IMG/VR virus record: IMGVR_UViG_3300033076_000244
Location: 1 to 25,059 of that record
Direction: 5' to 3' (one strand)
From: a virus
Lineage: Duplodnaviria; Caudoviricetes
Length of the DNA: 25,059 nt
The translations under genes were made by a program, and so were the position numbers. The notes below the pieces were generated by a model. That model saw nothing but the letters and a program-made list of their open reading frames with translations. It was not told where the DNA came from and did not search any database. This document shows positions 7,509 through 17,553 of the stretch, in pieces; the stretch's first letter is position 1, and each line of letters opens with the position of its first letter.

Positions 7509-10500
7509 TTAAGATATAGCAGTTCTTACTGCATTAAATGTTGTGCTGTTAGCACTTGCTGGAGTTACTAGCAATCTCATGTCACTGCCGCTGATATCAA
7601 CTGTAAATGTTGCCAATGCAGCCGCAGTATATAATTCGCCATATGTGGTTAACATGGCTGTTGCACCATTTCTAAGTGCAGTAAAGTTAACAGTATGCAA
7701 CGCACTGGTTACATTGTCTTTGATTGACAGGCTACCATTCATTGTATTTCTTGTTGTAGATACAACTGCTACAGTAGCAGTTGATGTAGTTGTTGACTGA
7801 GCAGTAACAAAACTTGAAATAGAACCAAATACTGTTAATGTATTTGTTGCACTTGTATGAATGCTTAAATCATTGTTAATTGAAGTTGTGCCAGTTGTTG
7901 CACCTAAACTAACTGTAGTTGCCGCACCACCTACATTCAATGTAGTAGCAGTGGTATTGAATACAGTGGCAGTTGTTTGGCTAGTTGTAATGTCACCACC
8001 ATTAACTGCCAAGTCACCGGCTACAGTTGCATTAGCACCACTAACACTGACTGCTACTGTGCCACCACTACTGCGAATATCACCGCCATTTAGTGTAATG
8101 TCACCTGTGGTAATATCAGCGCCAGATATTTCAATAGCAGTTGTTCCGCCAAGACCAGCAATACTGTTACCAGTAACTGTTAAATCTGCACCGATTGTAA
8201 CACCGCCGTTACTGTATAATGTTGTTGGAGTAGCACCACCATAACCAGCGATAATACTACCAGTTGCACGAACATCTGTTACTGTTACATTATCGGCAAC
8301 CAAATCATTGTTGATTGTTGTTGTGCCAGTATTAGCACCGATGCTTACAGCGGTTGCCGCACCAAATGCGTTAACTGTTGTGGCTACTGTGTTGAATACA
8401 TTCTGTGTTGTATTAGCACCTACAATAGTAGGAGATTTGATTTGAACACGACTACCGCTGGTATTACCAATGTTTACTTCAGTAACTACGCTGTTACCAA
8501 TATTGATAGTGCCAATTGCATTGCTGTTATATAAGTTAGCAATACCACCAGCACCTACATTGGTTGTAATATCCCCGCCATTAACTGCAAGATCACCATT
8601 GACTGTTACTATACCACTACTATTACCTAGGTTAACTGCTGTGGCAGCACCAAATGCATTTACTGTTGTTGCAGTAGTATTGAATACACTAGCAGTTGTT
8701 TGTGTAGTTGTAATATCACCGCCATTAACTGCAAGGTCACCGCCTAAAGTTAAATTAGTTGTGATACGGCCATCGCCTGTTACATCTAATGTGTAAGCAG
8801 GAGTATTGTTATTAATACCAACTTGAGTCGCACCTGCTGTAGCATAATTTGTATAAATGCTGTTATTGAAAAAAGTAGCATTATCGCTGCCTAAACGCAA
8901 TAATGTGAAAGTTCCAGGGAATACGCCCGGGCTTGTTTCTGTAAAGTTGTCATTGCTCCAATTGAACTGCATATCGGCAGTTGTTGTTGCTCCATGCCAT
9001 AAACCTGCTATGCTAGCAAATAATCTTTCAGTGCCACCACTAGTGCCATAACTACGACCAAACAACATTGCTGGTCCACCGATATTGTTATCATTGCTTG
9101 GTGCATCTGTAACACGCTCAAAAATACGCAAAGCACCTTTGGCTTCGTTTGGACTTACATCGGCTGTTAATACTCTACGCTCAAATAGCGCAGGAGGAAT
9201 AGCATCTGTGGAAATATAAAGTTTGTCGCTGAATTGGAAGCGTTGGTTAGTATTGTCCCACTTTAAGTATTGATTTAAACCTTTAAAGTTTAACAAACTA
9301 TCAGTGGCTGTGCTGTCAGTATTCATGCTAATACTTTCAGCAGTTGTGCTGATTACACCCGTAGCACTTATTGCACCTGCGACATTTAATTGATTATTAA
9401 ATTCCCAACGCAAAGCACCTTCACTCCATTTAAGCGTTGCATCTGCACCGCTACTACCACGCTCAACTGCAATAGTAGCATCAACACCAGCAATACCTGT
9501 GCCTAAACCGTTAAGTGTAAATGTTTGACCAGCAACATTAAAAATGTTTTGATCCGCTGTGATAATTCGTTCGCTGTCTTGGAATACAAGATTTAAGCCT
9601 GTGCCGTTAATCAACGCTACAGGACTACCACCTAATGTTAAACTGACCTGTGCTTGAGTAGTGGTTAAACCACTGGCTAAAACATAATAACTTGTGCCAG
9701 TAACTAAACCATTTGCTGTTGCACTTACAAAAGTGTAATTTTGTCCAGCACTCCAACCATGTGGAGCACTGAATACTAATGTATTGCCACCTGTAATGCT
9801 GGTTACGGTATCACTGGCAAAACTACTTTTACTTGTGCTGAAACGGAATTGATGATTATTGCCACTGTCATAAGCCGCTGTTGATGCCGCATACGAACTA
9901 GCCGCTTGGCTATCACTGTCTACAGAATATAAAATACCAGTGCCATCATTTGTTGCATATGGTGTTGCGCCAGTGTCATTGGCTAGACGCAATGCAGTAA
10001 ATGTTCTACCAGCAATACCTGCTTTACCTGTAATTAATGTGCGGTATGTATTATTAGTCCATGATATATCATTGGTAGCAGTCCATGCTGAGTTTTCCCA
10101 AACAAGCAATTGGCCATTTTGTGTGCCATCTGGAATGTTGTCTGCTACTGTTGAAATTGTAATTGTGTTGGCATCAGTTCTAACAATGTTCATGTTTGAA
10201 CCAGCAGCCAATTTAACGCTATCAGTGCCACCGGCGCTGTCTGCTAGCGTAATGTTTGCGCCACCTGTTGCTGTTGTTGCTTCAATGCTGTAAGCCGCAC
10301 CTGGAATAGCAGTAACATCAGTCCAGTATAAGTTGCCGTTACCGTCTGTAACTAGAACTTGGTCTGTGCTGCCATCTGGTAGTGGGAATGTGTAGTTAGG
10401 TAAACTTAATGTGCTTTGTAGCGTTACTTCGCCAATAAGCAAACTTGTTCCTTGAACAGTTAAATTACCGCCTACATTTAAATTACCTGTAACGCTGCCT

Positions 10501-10604
10501 GCGCCTGCATTTGGAACCTGCAAGCCACTGGCATTATACAGAGTGGTAAAGTTACTAGAACTTACCTCACCTGTATTAACCGTTGATTCGTATAAACTTG
10601 GCAT
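7509..10604 (-). CDS. Tail fibre / virion structural protein (1031 aa) with internal repeats
   Basis: YTFPLPDGSTDQVLVTDGNGNLYW fibre motif, GDLAVNGGDITT repeats, C-terminal TYGELYT...ATFTVDISGSDMRLLVTP domain; RBS AAGGA. Confidence 0.8.
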   Translation of the reverse strand: MPSLYESTVNTGEVSSSNFTTLYNASGLQVPNAGAGSVTGNLNVGGNLTVQGTSLLIGEVTLQSTLSLPNYTFPLPDGSTDQVLVTDGNGNLYWTDVTAIPGAAYSIEATTATGGANITLADSAGGTDSVKLAAGSNMNIVRTDANTITISTVADNIPDGTQNGQLLVWENSAWTATNDISWTNNTYRTLITGKAGIAGRTFTALRLANDTGATPYATNDGTGILYSVDSDSQAASSYAASTAAYDSGNNHQFRFSTSKSSFASDTVTSITGGNTLVFSAPHGWSAGQNYTFVSATANGLVTGTSYYVLASGLTTTQAQVSLTLGGSPVALINGTGLNLVFQDSERIITADQNIFNVAGQTFTLNGLGTGIAGVDATIAVERGSSGADATLKWSEGALRWEFNNQLNVAGAISATGVISTTAESISMNTDSTATDSLLNFKGLNQYLKWDNTNQRFQFSDKLYISTDAIPPALFERRVLTADVSPNEAKGALRIFERVTDAPSNDNNIGGPAMLFGRSYGTSGGTERLFASIAGLWHGATTTADMQFNWSNDNFTETSPGVFPGTFTLLRLGSDNATFFNNSIYTNYATAGATQVGINNNTPAYTLDVTGDGRITTNLTLGGDLAVNGGDITTTQTTASVFNTTATTVNAFGAATAVNLGNSSGIVTVNGDLAVNGGDITTNVGAGGIANLYNSNAIGTINIGNSVVTEVNIGNTSGSRVQIKSPTIVGANTTQNVFNTVATTVNAFGAATAVSIGANTGTTTINNDLVADNVTVTDVRATGSIIAGYGGATPTTLYSNGGVTIGADLTVTGNSIAGLGGTTAIEISGADITTGDITLNGGDIRSSGGTVAVSVSGANATVAGDLAVNGGDITTSQTTATVFNTTATTLNVGGAATTVSLGATTGTTSINNDLSIHTSATNTLTVFGSISSFVTAQSTTTSTATVAVVSTTRNTMNGSLSIKDNVTSALHTVNFTALRNGATAMLTTYGELYTAAALATFTVDISGSDMRLLVTPASANSTTFNAVRTAIS

Positions 10605-10615
10605 CGTTATTGTCC

Positions 10616-11818
10616 TTACTTAATATTGTATTGGCGATACTGTCTTGGTTGCCAAATGCTTGATAGTCTTGTGTGGCCACCACTCCACTTACCTAAATTG
10701 TTTTGATCTGTAACTGCGGCCCACGCACTTTGGAATTTTGCTTCGTAAGTTGCGGCATCAGTTTCATTGTGGCGCTTGATGTAGTATTCACGCAATGTAG
10801 AGTAAATGTAACCTTCAGGCCAAGTTTGTAAAACAGGATTAGTTTGTGTATTTAAGTCCGTTAATTTGATGTCTGTGATTGTGCCAGTTGTTGGAATTGT
10901 TCCGCCTGTTACTGTAACAGTCAATTGAGTTGAACTATCAACGCTGTAAACTTCAATAACACCACCATTGCTGATTGTGCCTGTGCCATCTACTGCTGTT
11001 AGTCTGTCACCAACATTAACACCTGCTGTATCAGTTAAGCCAGTAATAACAACAGTCCATGGACTTGACGCACCTGTTACTGTAGATACTGTGCCTGTGG
11101 CGCTGATTAAAATGTCTGCTACTGGAGCAAACAACAAAGGCCATGCTTTGTAGTAATACATGTTAATCAAATCACCTTCAGCGGCATATGGCAAGAACTT
11201 ATACTTCTGCGCTACTTCACTGAACTTACCACGAATAACTGCGGGCACATTGACTGGCTGTAGATATAATTGAGCAATCATGCCCTGTGTAATAATATCT
11301 CTATCACCAATACGGTCATAGACAATCCATGGACCTGTTTGGCTGCTTGCACCATCGCCTGGAGGTGTTTGGAATACTACCTCACCATTTACTGTGCCTG
11401 TGTTAGGCAAACTTAAATTAACTACTAATCCATTAACGCTTGATATTGTAGCACCAACTGCAATACCAGTGCCTGTTACTAACATACCAGTGCTTAATGC
11501 TCTAGTTGTTGCGGCTGCTAGTGTAATTGTTGATTGCCCACTTGTGCCTGTTGCACTTGCTGTGGTAATGTATTGAATACCTTGTTTAAAAAACAAGATT
11601 GGTTTGTTCATATCCCCAGGAATAGGAATGCCGCCTTCCGCATCTACAACACCAATGTATTGTGGATCATACGGATCGCTACGCAATGCTGGTAACTCAA
11701 TGTTACGCATTGATAATTCACCAAGGAAAATACATTGCTTGATTTCTGCATCATTTGTGCTGCCAGTAAAGTCTTTGATATACTCAACAAGGGCATCGGC
11801 TGTTGGAACGGTAAACAT
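10616..11818 (-). CDS. Head-tail adaptor (SU10-adaptor/P22 gp4-like) with two inserted beta-rich domains
   Basis: N-terminal helices (LVEYIKDF...IKQCIFLGE), MYYYKAWPLL and TNPVLQTWPEGYIYSTL match the podovirus adaptor pattern; located after the capsid gene. Confidence 0.65.
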   Translation of the reverse strand: MFTVPTADALVEYIKDFTGSTNDAEIKQCIFLGELSMRNIELPALRSDPYDPQYIGVVDAEGGIPIPGDMNKPILFFKQGIQYITTASATGTSGQSTITLAAATTRALSTGMLVTGTGIAVGATISSVNGLVVNLSLPNTGTVNGEVVFQTPPGDGASSQTGPWIVYDRIGDRDIITQGMIAQLYLQPVNVPAVIRGKFSEVAQKYKFLPYAAEGDLINMYYYKAWPLLFAPVADILISATGTVSTVTGASSPWTVVITGLTDTAGVNVGDRLTAVDGTGTISNGGVIEVYSVDSSTQLTVTVTGGTIPTTGTITDIKLTDLNTQTNPVLQTWPEGYIYSTLREYYIKRHNETDAATYEAKFQSAWAAVTDQNNLGKWSGGHTRLSSIWQPRQYRQYNIK

Positions 11819-11820
11819 GA

Positions 11821-12402
11821 TTAGTGTCCTCTAAAATATTTCTTCTCACCTTTTTTAGTTGGGTAAGGCACCGCAACAGGGATAGGCAATTTTCCGCCTG
11901 GATAACAAACATACTCTGGGTATTCTGTTTCAACTACACGATAAAACTGCGCTTTTAGAGTTCTATCATTTTTTAAAGCACTCCATGGAATGCCATCAAA
12001 ATATTGATCACTGATACGAATTGCAATAACACTGGGAAGATCCATCCACTTGTAAGTTAACTTACCATCTTCACCAATTGGTGCTAGTGGATCTGGAATA
12101 CCTAATTCAGCGGCATGCCTATAGTTTCTAACTGCTTCTTTGATTGCTTCAGTGTTTTGTTGTTCGCGTTTGATGTAAAACTTGCCATCTTCGCGACCAG
12201 TAGTTACAATGATATTACCACTTCTATTAGATTCAGTTCTTTTCCAATCGCCTTTCATACTGCGATATAAGTCATTATTTTGTAAAAGTTTATCTGCTAC
12301 GCCATTGTGGCTAGTAATCATACCACCGTTGTCTTGGCGGTAATAGTTGTAGTCTTTTTCTGGATCCTTATCGTCCAGGTATTCGGGTTGATTGTTGCTC
12401 AT
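11821..12402 (-). CDS. Conserved hypothetical phage protein between capsid and adaptor
   Basis: 193-aa ORF; the IKREQQNTEAIKE...MDLPSV pattern and position resemble small proteins following DUF5309 capsid genes. Confidence 0.7.
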   Translation of the reverse strand: MSNNQPEYLDDKDPEKDYNYYRQDNGGMITSHNGVADKLLQNNDLYRSMKGDWKRTESNRSGNIIVTTGREDGKFYIKREQQNTEAIKEAVRNYRHAAELGIPDPLAPIGEDGKLTYKWMDLPSVIAIRISDQYFDGIPWSALKNDRTLKAQFYRVVETEYPEYVCYPGGKLPIPVAVPYPTKKGEKKYFRGH

Positions 12403-12420
12403 AGTATTATTTAGCGTTTT
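12401..12420 (-). promoter_or_regulatory. Putative late promoter, 20-bp repeat copy 1
   Basis: AAAACGCTAAATAATACTAT running directly into the ATG; identical to 17534-17553 and 21827-21846. Confidence 0.75.
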
Positions 12421-12430
12421 TGCATTCAGT

Positions 12431-12456
12431 AAAAAAGGCTACCGAAGTAGCCTTTT
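12431..12456 (-). terminator. Intrinsic terminator after the major capsid gene
   Basis: AAAAGGCTAC-TTCG-GTAGCCTTTTTT (C-UUCG-G tetraloop plus U tract). Confidence 0.9.
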
Positions 12457-12480
12457 GTATTACTGTATAATCAGTTAAGA

Positions 12481-13653
12481 TTAAGGAGTAACATCGCCTG
12501 CGCCAAAGTTTACACGGCTTACCAATGCCGCTGGGCGAGCACCTGGTAAAGAAGCCTGTGCAGTTGTGCCTGCTTCAATGTTGTTCAACATACCAACACC
12601 TGCTGGGTTACGGCAGATTAAGGTTCCCTCTAGAATAAATTGATCTAGAGAAGCGTCAGCATTTGAGAACACTTCGTTGTTAGGACCTAGGTCACGCAAA
12701 CTACCCCACTGAACAACATCTTCGTTCAAGAAGTAAATGCTGTTAGGTGTAACTTGGTCCATAATCCAAGAATCAAACACCTCATAGGTGTAATTAAAAT
12801 CACCCTCATAAGTGCTGATTGTGTCACCACGAGCACTATCAACACGGTTGATACCACGAGACTGAGCGATGTTATCGCTGATGCTTGTGCGTAGGCTTGT
12901 TGGAGCAACAATAGTGCGGATCTTAGCGTTGTAACGCTGTTCAGCAACAGTTACCAACTGCTTATACAATGCTGGGCTGAAATACTGGTTAGTAAATGTG
13001 CCGTTGTAGAAGTAAGAACCGTTAGCGTAAATGCGTAGAGCATTGCTGATTTGAGTTGCGCTGTCTGTATCTTCGTTGTTAGCGAAAGTGTCTAGACCGC
13101 TCAAAGTGCCGCTAGTTGTGTTGAAGGACATTGTGCCTGCGAAAGAAGCCAATGAACCCATACGACGACCAGTTTGACCGCTTGGTAGGCCACTTGCTGT
13201 GCCTGTTTGACCAGCATACTTTGTGCCGATTTGGTCATTACGAACTAATTGTAATTCCACATCAAACATCAATTCGATCAACTGTTTCACCTCTTGATAG
13301 GCCTGGGGATCGCCACCAGCCTGCATAACTGCACGAGCAGTTCCAGAACTAGCGATAGTTGTGCTGAAAATCTGTGTGTAGTTACCTAGGTTGTAACGAC
13401 TGTTAGATTCTGCATTTGCTGTAGAAACAACTGCACCTTCAACTTGCGCTTGAACTGCAGGAGTGCGATAAATGTCATCACTCCATAGTGGTAAAGTAGA
13501 GTTAACTTTACGCTTTTTAGACATAGCCATGTTTAGAACAGGGGTATCGTCTTTAACACGGTTGGACACATCTAGGTCCAAATCTTTGACAACGATGTCG
13601 CTACCATATGCTGTAGTGCCGTTACCAATTTGACTTGTTGTAATTTCTGCCAT
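12481..13653 (-). CDS. Major capsid protein (DUF5309/SU10-like, HK97 fold)
   Basis: Motifs KDL...DTPVL, AQVEGA, GNYTQIF, SGTARAV, AYQ...ELMFDVE, EGTL...NP; strong RBS AGGAG; follows the scaffold and is followed by a terminator. Confidence 0.9.
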   Translation of the reverse strand: MAEITTSQIGNGTTAYGSDIVVKDLDLDVSNRVKDDTPVLNMAMSKKRKVNSTLPLWSDDIYRTPAVQAQVEGAVVSTANAESNSRYNLGNYTQIFSTTIASSGTARAVMQAGGDPQAYQEVKQLIELMFDVELQLVRNDQIGTKYAGQTGTASGLPSGQTGRRMGSLASFAGTMSFNTTSGTLSGLDTFANNEDTDSATQISNALRIYANGSYFYNGTFTNQYFSPALYKQLVTVAEQRYNAKIRTIVAPTSLRTSISDNIAQSRGINRVDSARGDTISTYEGDFNYTYEVFDSWIMDQVTPNSIYFLNEDVVQWGSLRDLGPNNEVFSNADASLDQFILEGTLICRNPAGVGMLNNIEAGTTAQASLPGARPAALVSRVNFGAGDVTP

Positions 13654-13672
13654 TTTAAGGCTCCTTTAAAAA

Positions 13673-14839
13673 TTATCTACCACCTCTGCCCGCTCGCAAT
13701 CGTTGGAGTTGGGCTACTAAGAGGTTGTCTGCGGCTTTCTTATCACCGCTCTTGGCTTGTTCACGAAGTTTTTCAATATTGTCGCTGGGTGCTTTGCTTG
13801 GTGTTGATGTGCCTTTGCGGCTTGTCAATGCTGCCATACTTGCACCAGCAGTTTTAGTTTGAGGCTTATCGCGATAGCGTAATCCATCTCTAACTAAACT
13901 TAACAATGCCTCATCACCTGCGATAAGATCAATGTTTGGAACTCCAGGCACTATTTCGCGCTTTGCACCAGGATATGCTTTTTCAATCTTCTCACGAAGT
14001 TCGTTATACACATACTCGTTACGCAATTCCTTATCTTGGAACTGCTTGCGAGCCTGTGTCAAAGCCTCACTGACTTGCTGGCTGCGAATTTGTTTGAACT
14101 GTTCAATAGCAGGCTGCAAACGATTAATTTGCTTTTGTTGCGTGCGAATGTATTGTTCATTCTGTGCCATATTTGCTTGGATCCTTGCAACTTCTGCTGG
14201 ATCTGTCGCACGAGCCAACTGCTGTTGAAAAACATTTTGATAACCTTGTGTTTTAACAATTTCATCATATGCTTTCTTCAACTTAGGTTGAACCGTAAAT
14301 TCCATTGCTAGCGTAAGTTGATCTTGGCGTGCTTTTGCTTCATTGACATACTCATCAAATTCTGCTCGCTCCACTTTCAACTGTCTTGCTTCTTCGTGTA
14401 TTGCTGATCCTTGACCTAAAATGGCTGCGGCTTTCTTGGCATCAATAATGACTTCTTTGCCGTTCTTCATAAACTTGAATTTGGCATTTGGGTTCGTTTC
14501 TGCGAACTCAATAAAGTCAATTAGTTCTTCTGCACTAGAATCATTACTATCAGTGCTTACCTCTTCAGGGGCTACTGCTTCTTGATCGTCGCTGGCTAAT
14601 TCTTCGGTTGTTGTATCATCAACTTCGGCTTCCTCATTACTGGGTGCCACAGAGGTTGAAGTTGCTGCCGCTTCTTCTTCTCCTGTTGCAGTTTGCTCGG
14701 CTTGCTGTCTAATTAGATTACGCTGTGTGTGTTCACGCATAGCGGTCATTTTAGCGGCAATACTATCCATGCTAGGGACTGCGCTTTGATCAGTGGCCGC
14801 CGGTGCTTGCACCTGGTTAGGACTTATCGTTGTTTCCAT
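13673..14839 (-). CDS. Capsid scaffolding protein
   Basis: Acidic disordered N-terminus, KFKFMKNGKEVII motif, long coiled coil, C-terminal helix LREQAKSGDKKAA; immediately upstream of the capsid gene. Confidence 0.8.
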   Translation of the reverse strand: METTISPNQVQAPAATDQSAVPSMDSIAAKMTAMREHTQRNLIRQQAEQTATGEEEAAATSTSVAPSNEEAEVDDTTTEELASDDQEAVAPEEVSTDSNDSSAEELIDFIEFAETNPNAKFKFMKNGKEVIIDAKKAAAILGQGSAIHEEARQLKVERAEFDEYVNEAKARQDQLTLAMEFTVQPKLKKAYDEIVKTQGYQNVFQQQLARATDPAEVARIQANMAQNEQYIRTQQKQINRLQPAIEQFKQIRSQQVSEALTQARKQFQDKELRNEYVYNELREKIEKAYPGAKREIVPGVPNIDLIAGDEALLSLVRDGLRYRDKPQTKTAGASMAALTSRKGTSTPSKAPSDNIEKLREQAKSGDKKAADNLLVAQLQRLRAGRGGR

Positions 14840-14848
14840 TTATTTTCC

Positions 14849-15193
14849 TTAATTAGTATCGGGCACTTCTTTAATGCTTACGACACGGTTTTTTAAGTAA
14901 GCAGCCCTTTTGAGGCTGTTTACAAAATTGTCAATGCCTACTAGTTCATTGCTTAAAGCAATTCTACGAGCATTGTCGTCGGGCTGATGAGTGCGAATGG
15001 ACGCTAATTCATCAGCAACGCTGAATTTAAAATGATGAACAAACATCGCAAGATCTTTGTTCTTCAATAAGTTTTCAGCAAGACTGCCATAATGTTTAAC
15101 TTGATCCTTTTGAGATACTGTTAACTTACTAGGCTGACTCATATCAACTGTCAGTCTGCTGTTGTAAAAATCTACTGTATTGTTATCTATCAT
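14849..15193 (-). CDS. Conserved hypothetical protein between portal and scaffold
   Basis: 114-aa helical ORF (GSLAENLLKNKDL) in a position typical for this phage type. Confidence 0.75.
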   Translation of the reverse strand: MIDNNTVDFYNSRLTVDMSQPSKLTVSQKDQVKHYGSLAENLLKNKDLAMFVHHFKFSVADELASIRTHQPDDNARRIALSNELVGIDNFVNSLKRAAYLKNRVVSIKEVPDTN

Positions 15194-15213
15194 ATGCTAT
15201 TCTATTCTATGTT

Positions 15214-15220
15214 TATTTAG
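15214..15220 (-). promoter_or_regulatory. Putative late promoter box CTAAATA
   Basis: Intergenic, just after the portal stop and upstream of the 114-aa/scaffold/capsid genes; same core as the 20-bp repeat. Confidence 0.55.
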
Positions 15221-15222
15221 TG

Positions 15223-17514
15223 TTAAGAGTAAACCTTTGGCTCACCCATGGCCAATGCCATCCAGTCCATTTGACTTTCAGCATCTTGACCTGCAACTTC
15301 TGCGGCGATTTGTTGTGCTTTGACTTTGCTCAATTCTGCATCAGCAAGTGCTTTCTGGTCTTGTGGAGCAGGCTGCTTGTTCTTCTGTGCTTCTTGTGCT
15401 TGTTGAACCATCTTAACAACTTCATCATCGCTTGGCAAGTAAACATCACAATCTTTAACGCCTAATGTATATAAGGTATCAGCATAAGGCTTTTTAACCT
15501 TCTTATACAGTTCGGGTGTCATGATGCCTTGTTGCACAAGACCTTGAATTGATTGCATTAAACCACTTTGAGCCTTTTGAATTAGTTGTAGTCTGTTCAA
15601 TGAGTTTTCTTCACTGTTCATACCTAGTGCTAATTCTAAATGTAATTGCTTGCGGTCTGTCATTGAAGTCATTTCATCCCAAGCAACATAATCCATAAAC
15701 TCTGGCTTTCTGTCTGGTCTGCATTGTGCGGCAATCTTCTTAACGCCATAGTCATCACCATACTGAATCAATGTGCGCCATACCAAATACAATGCTTCCT
15801 TCAAACCTTCAGCGGCATTGCGAACTGTGTTGTCTTGGATAATTTGGTTTGGTGTTAATGCCATTTGTAGTTTAACACCGCTGTTACCTGGTGCCATAAC
15901 TTCTGGGTTGAATACATCTTGTGGAGTAGTCATACCAATCATGGCCATTGTATCTTGTTGGATACGATTCATACCAACTTCTAAGAAGTTTAAGTTACCA
16001 CTTGGAGGAGGAATTTGATACACATCTTTCTGCGGATCAAACTTGCTGTCAAGAATGAAAATAGCGGCTTCACCATCCTGCAACATTTCAAAGTCTAACT
16101 TATCTGGTTTAACACCAATACGAGGAGTGGCAGTTAACAGACCCAATTGAATTTCAGCACGAGCCGCACTGGTAGCGTATTCCTGCATCGGGATAACCGA
16201 TTCAGCGATACTCATGCCGTAGAAGTTTCCAGGCAATGGTTTTGGACACATATTAGCAACAGGAATAAACTCTACTTCACGGGCACTGATAATATAACTG
16301 CCACTGTAAATTAATTCAACTAGTTCTAGTTCGCCATCACCATCAATGTCATATTTGTTCCATACTGTAACAACAGAAACAATTCTGCTGTCTGGATCAG
16401 CACTGGCTGCGCTACTAACTGGAATACCCATGACTGGCACTGAGTCACGAGCATGGATTGCTAAGTTGTTTAGAACACTACCTGCTTGGTATGCCCCGTT
16501 CATGTTGTATTCAGCAAACTGTTCAAAGTTTTCTAAGTCACCTTGAATGTCTGGATACAATTCTGTTACTTCTTGAATTGTCATTGGATCGTAGAAACCA
16601 CAGAAAGGCTGATCCTTCATCTCTGGAACTGTAGGATCACAGATCCAATAGTGTTGTGCAATAGGGTGGAACTTAATGTTTAGTCCATAACCTGTTACTT
16701 TGTATTTTGCTTTGTAAATTGTGTTGCGTTTGATTGCTTCGTTGATAATTTCTTCTTGACCAACGGCTTGACTAGTCAATACTTCTGCTTGTCCTGCGGC
16801 CAACTCGGCATAGTTGTCTTCATCATCAGCCATACGCATACTTTCAATATGCTTGTCTAATAATTCGTTGCTGAGTTCTTGTTTTTGTGCGCCAAGTAGT
16901 TGTTGGATTTCAGCCATTGCTTTGTCCATCTCAACTGTAACTTGTCGTTTGTTTTGGCGTAATGTTTGTAGGCCTGATTCTGCGGCCTGTAATTCAAATG
17001 CTTTTAGTTGTTCATTGGTGCCCTGTGTTTCAACATAACGAGTTACAAGTTCACGCACTGGCTTGACCATCATCATACCATTCTTGTGCATACAAGCATC
17101 CATGACCCAACGCTCTAGAATAAAGTGCGGGTCATTCATTTGGTTTACAACTTTGCTAACCATCTCTGTTGCTTGGCGTGCGGCTTCTTCGTCCCATTCA
17201 CCATCAGCAACAAATTCAAAGTTAATTTCACCATTGGGCATTAGACCTTTGGCAATAACTGCGGTTGCATAATCAACAACAGGTTTTACGCTAGGGTGAA
17301 TGTAGTCAATACCATTGACAGGAGCAGTTGAATCAGTAACTGCTAAACAGAGATAGTGATAATCGCTGGCTCTGTTAACAGCGTTTTTTGTTCCCAAATA
17401 GCGTAAGTAGGACGCCATTTTGACATCCATTTGGTTTTTCATACGCACAAATGTTGCATTAATCTTCTTATTTTGATTAATGTTCTGCACGGGAATGTTT
17501 TTAATATCAAGCAT
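15223..17514 (-). CDS. Portal protein (SU10/P22-like)
   Basis: 763 aa; EFVADGEWDEEAARQATEMV, DACMHKNGMMMV, YDIDGDGELEL, PKPLPGNFYGMSIAE motifs; Gln-rich C-terminal helix; between terminase and scaffold. Confidence 0.9.
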   Translation of the reverse strand: MLDIKNIPVQNINQNKKINATFVRMKNQMDVKMASYLRYLGTKNAVNRASDYHYLCLAVTDSTAPVNGIDYIHPSVKPVVDYATAVIAKGLMPNGEINFEFVADGEWDEEAARQATEMVSKVVNQMNDPHFILERWVMDACMHKNGMMMVKPVRELVTRYVETQGTNEQLKAFELQAAESGLQTLRQNKRQVTVEMDKAMAEIQQLLGAQKQELSNELLDKHIESMRMADDEDNYAELAAGQAEVLTSQAVGQEEIINEAIKRNTIYKAKYKVTGYGLNIKFHPIAQHYWICDPTVPEMKDQPFCGFYDPMTIQEVTELYPDIQGDLENFEQFAEYNMNGAYQAGSVLNNLAIHARDSVPVMGIPVSSAASADPDSRIVSVVTVWNKYDIDGDGELELVELIYSGSYIISAREVEFIPVANMCPKPLPGNFYGMSIAESVIPMQEYATSAARAEIQLGLLTATPRIGVKPDKLDFEMLQDGEAAIFILDSKFDPQKDVYQIPPPSGNLNFLEVGMNRIQQDTMAMIGMTTPQDVFNPEVMAPGNSGVKLQMALTPNQIIQDNTVRNAAEGLKEALYLVWRTLIQYGDDYGVKKIAAQCRPDRKPEFMDYVAWDEMTSMTDRKQLHLELALGMNSEENSLNRLQLIQKAQSGLMQSIQGLVQQGIMTPELYKKVKKPYADTLYTLGVKDCDVYLPSDDEVVKMVQQAQEAQKNKQPAPQDQKALADAELSKVKAQQIAAEVAGQDAESQMDWMALAMGEPKVYS

Positions 17515-17533
17515 AGTTCTTGTAGCCCTTTAG

Positions 17534-17553
17534 ATAGTATTATTTAGCGTTTT
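17534..17553 (-). promoter_or_regulatory. Putative late promoter, 20-bp repeat copy 2
   Basis: AAAACGCTAAATAATACTAT, ending 19 nt before the portal ATG. Confidence 0.75.

Noticed and set aside
206-10854. TAAATA hexamers inside coding regions (206, 4671, 10849)
   Set aside because: Expected by chance in AT-rich DNA; they lack the extended repeat and a suitably placed downstream start
6500-11834. Many plus-strand V/P/L/A-rich ORFs opposite the fibre and adaptor genes
   Set aside because: Expected from reverse-reading T/G/N-rich codons; no independent evidence
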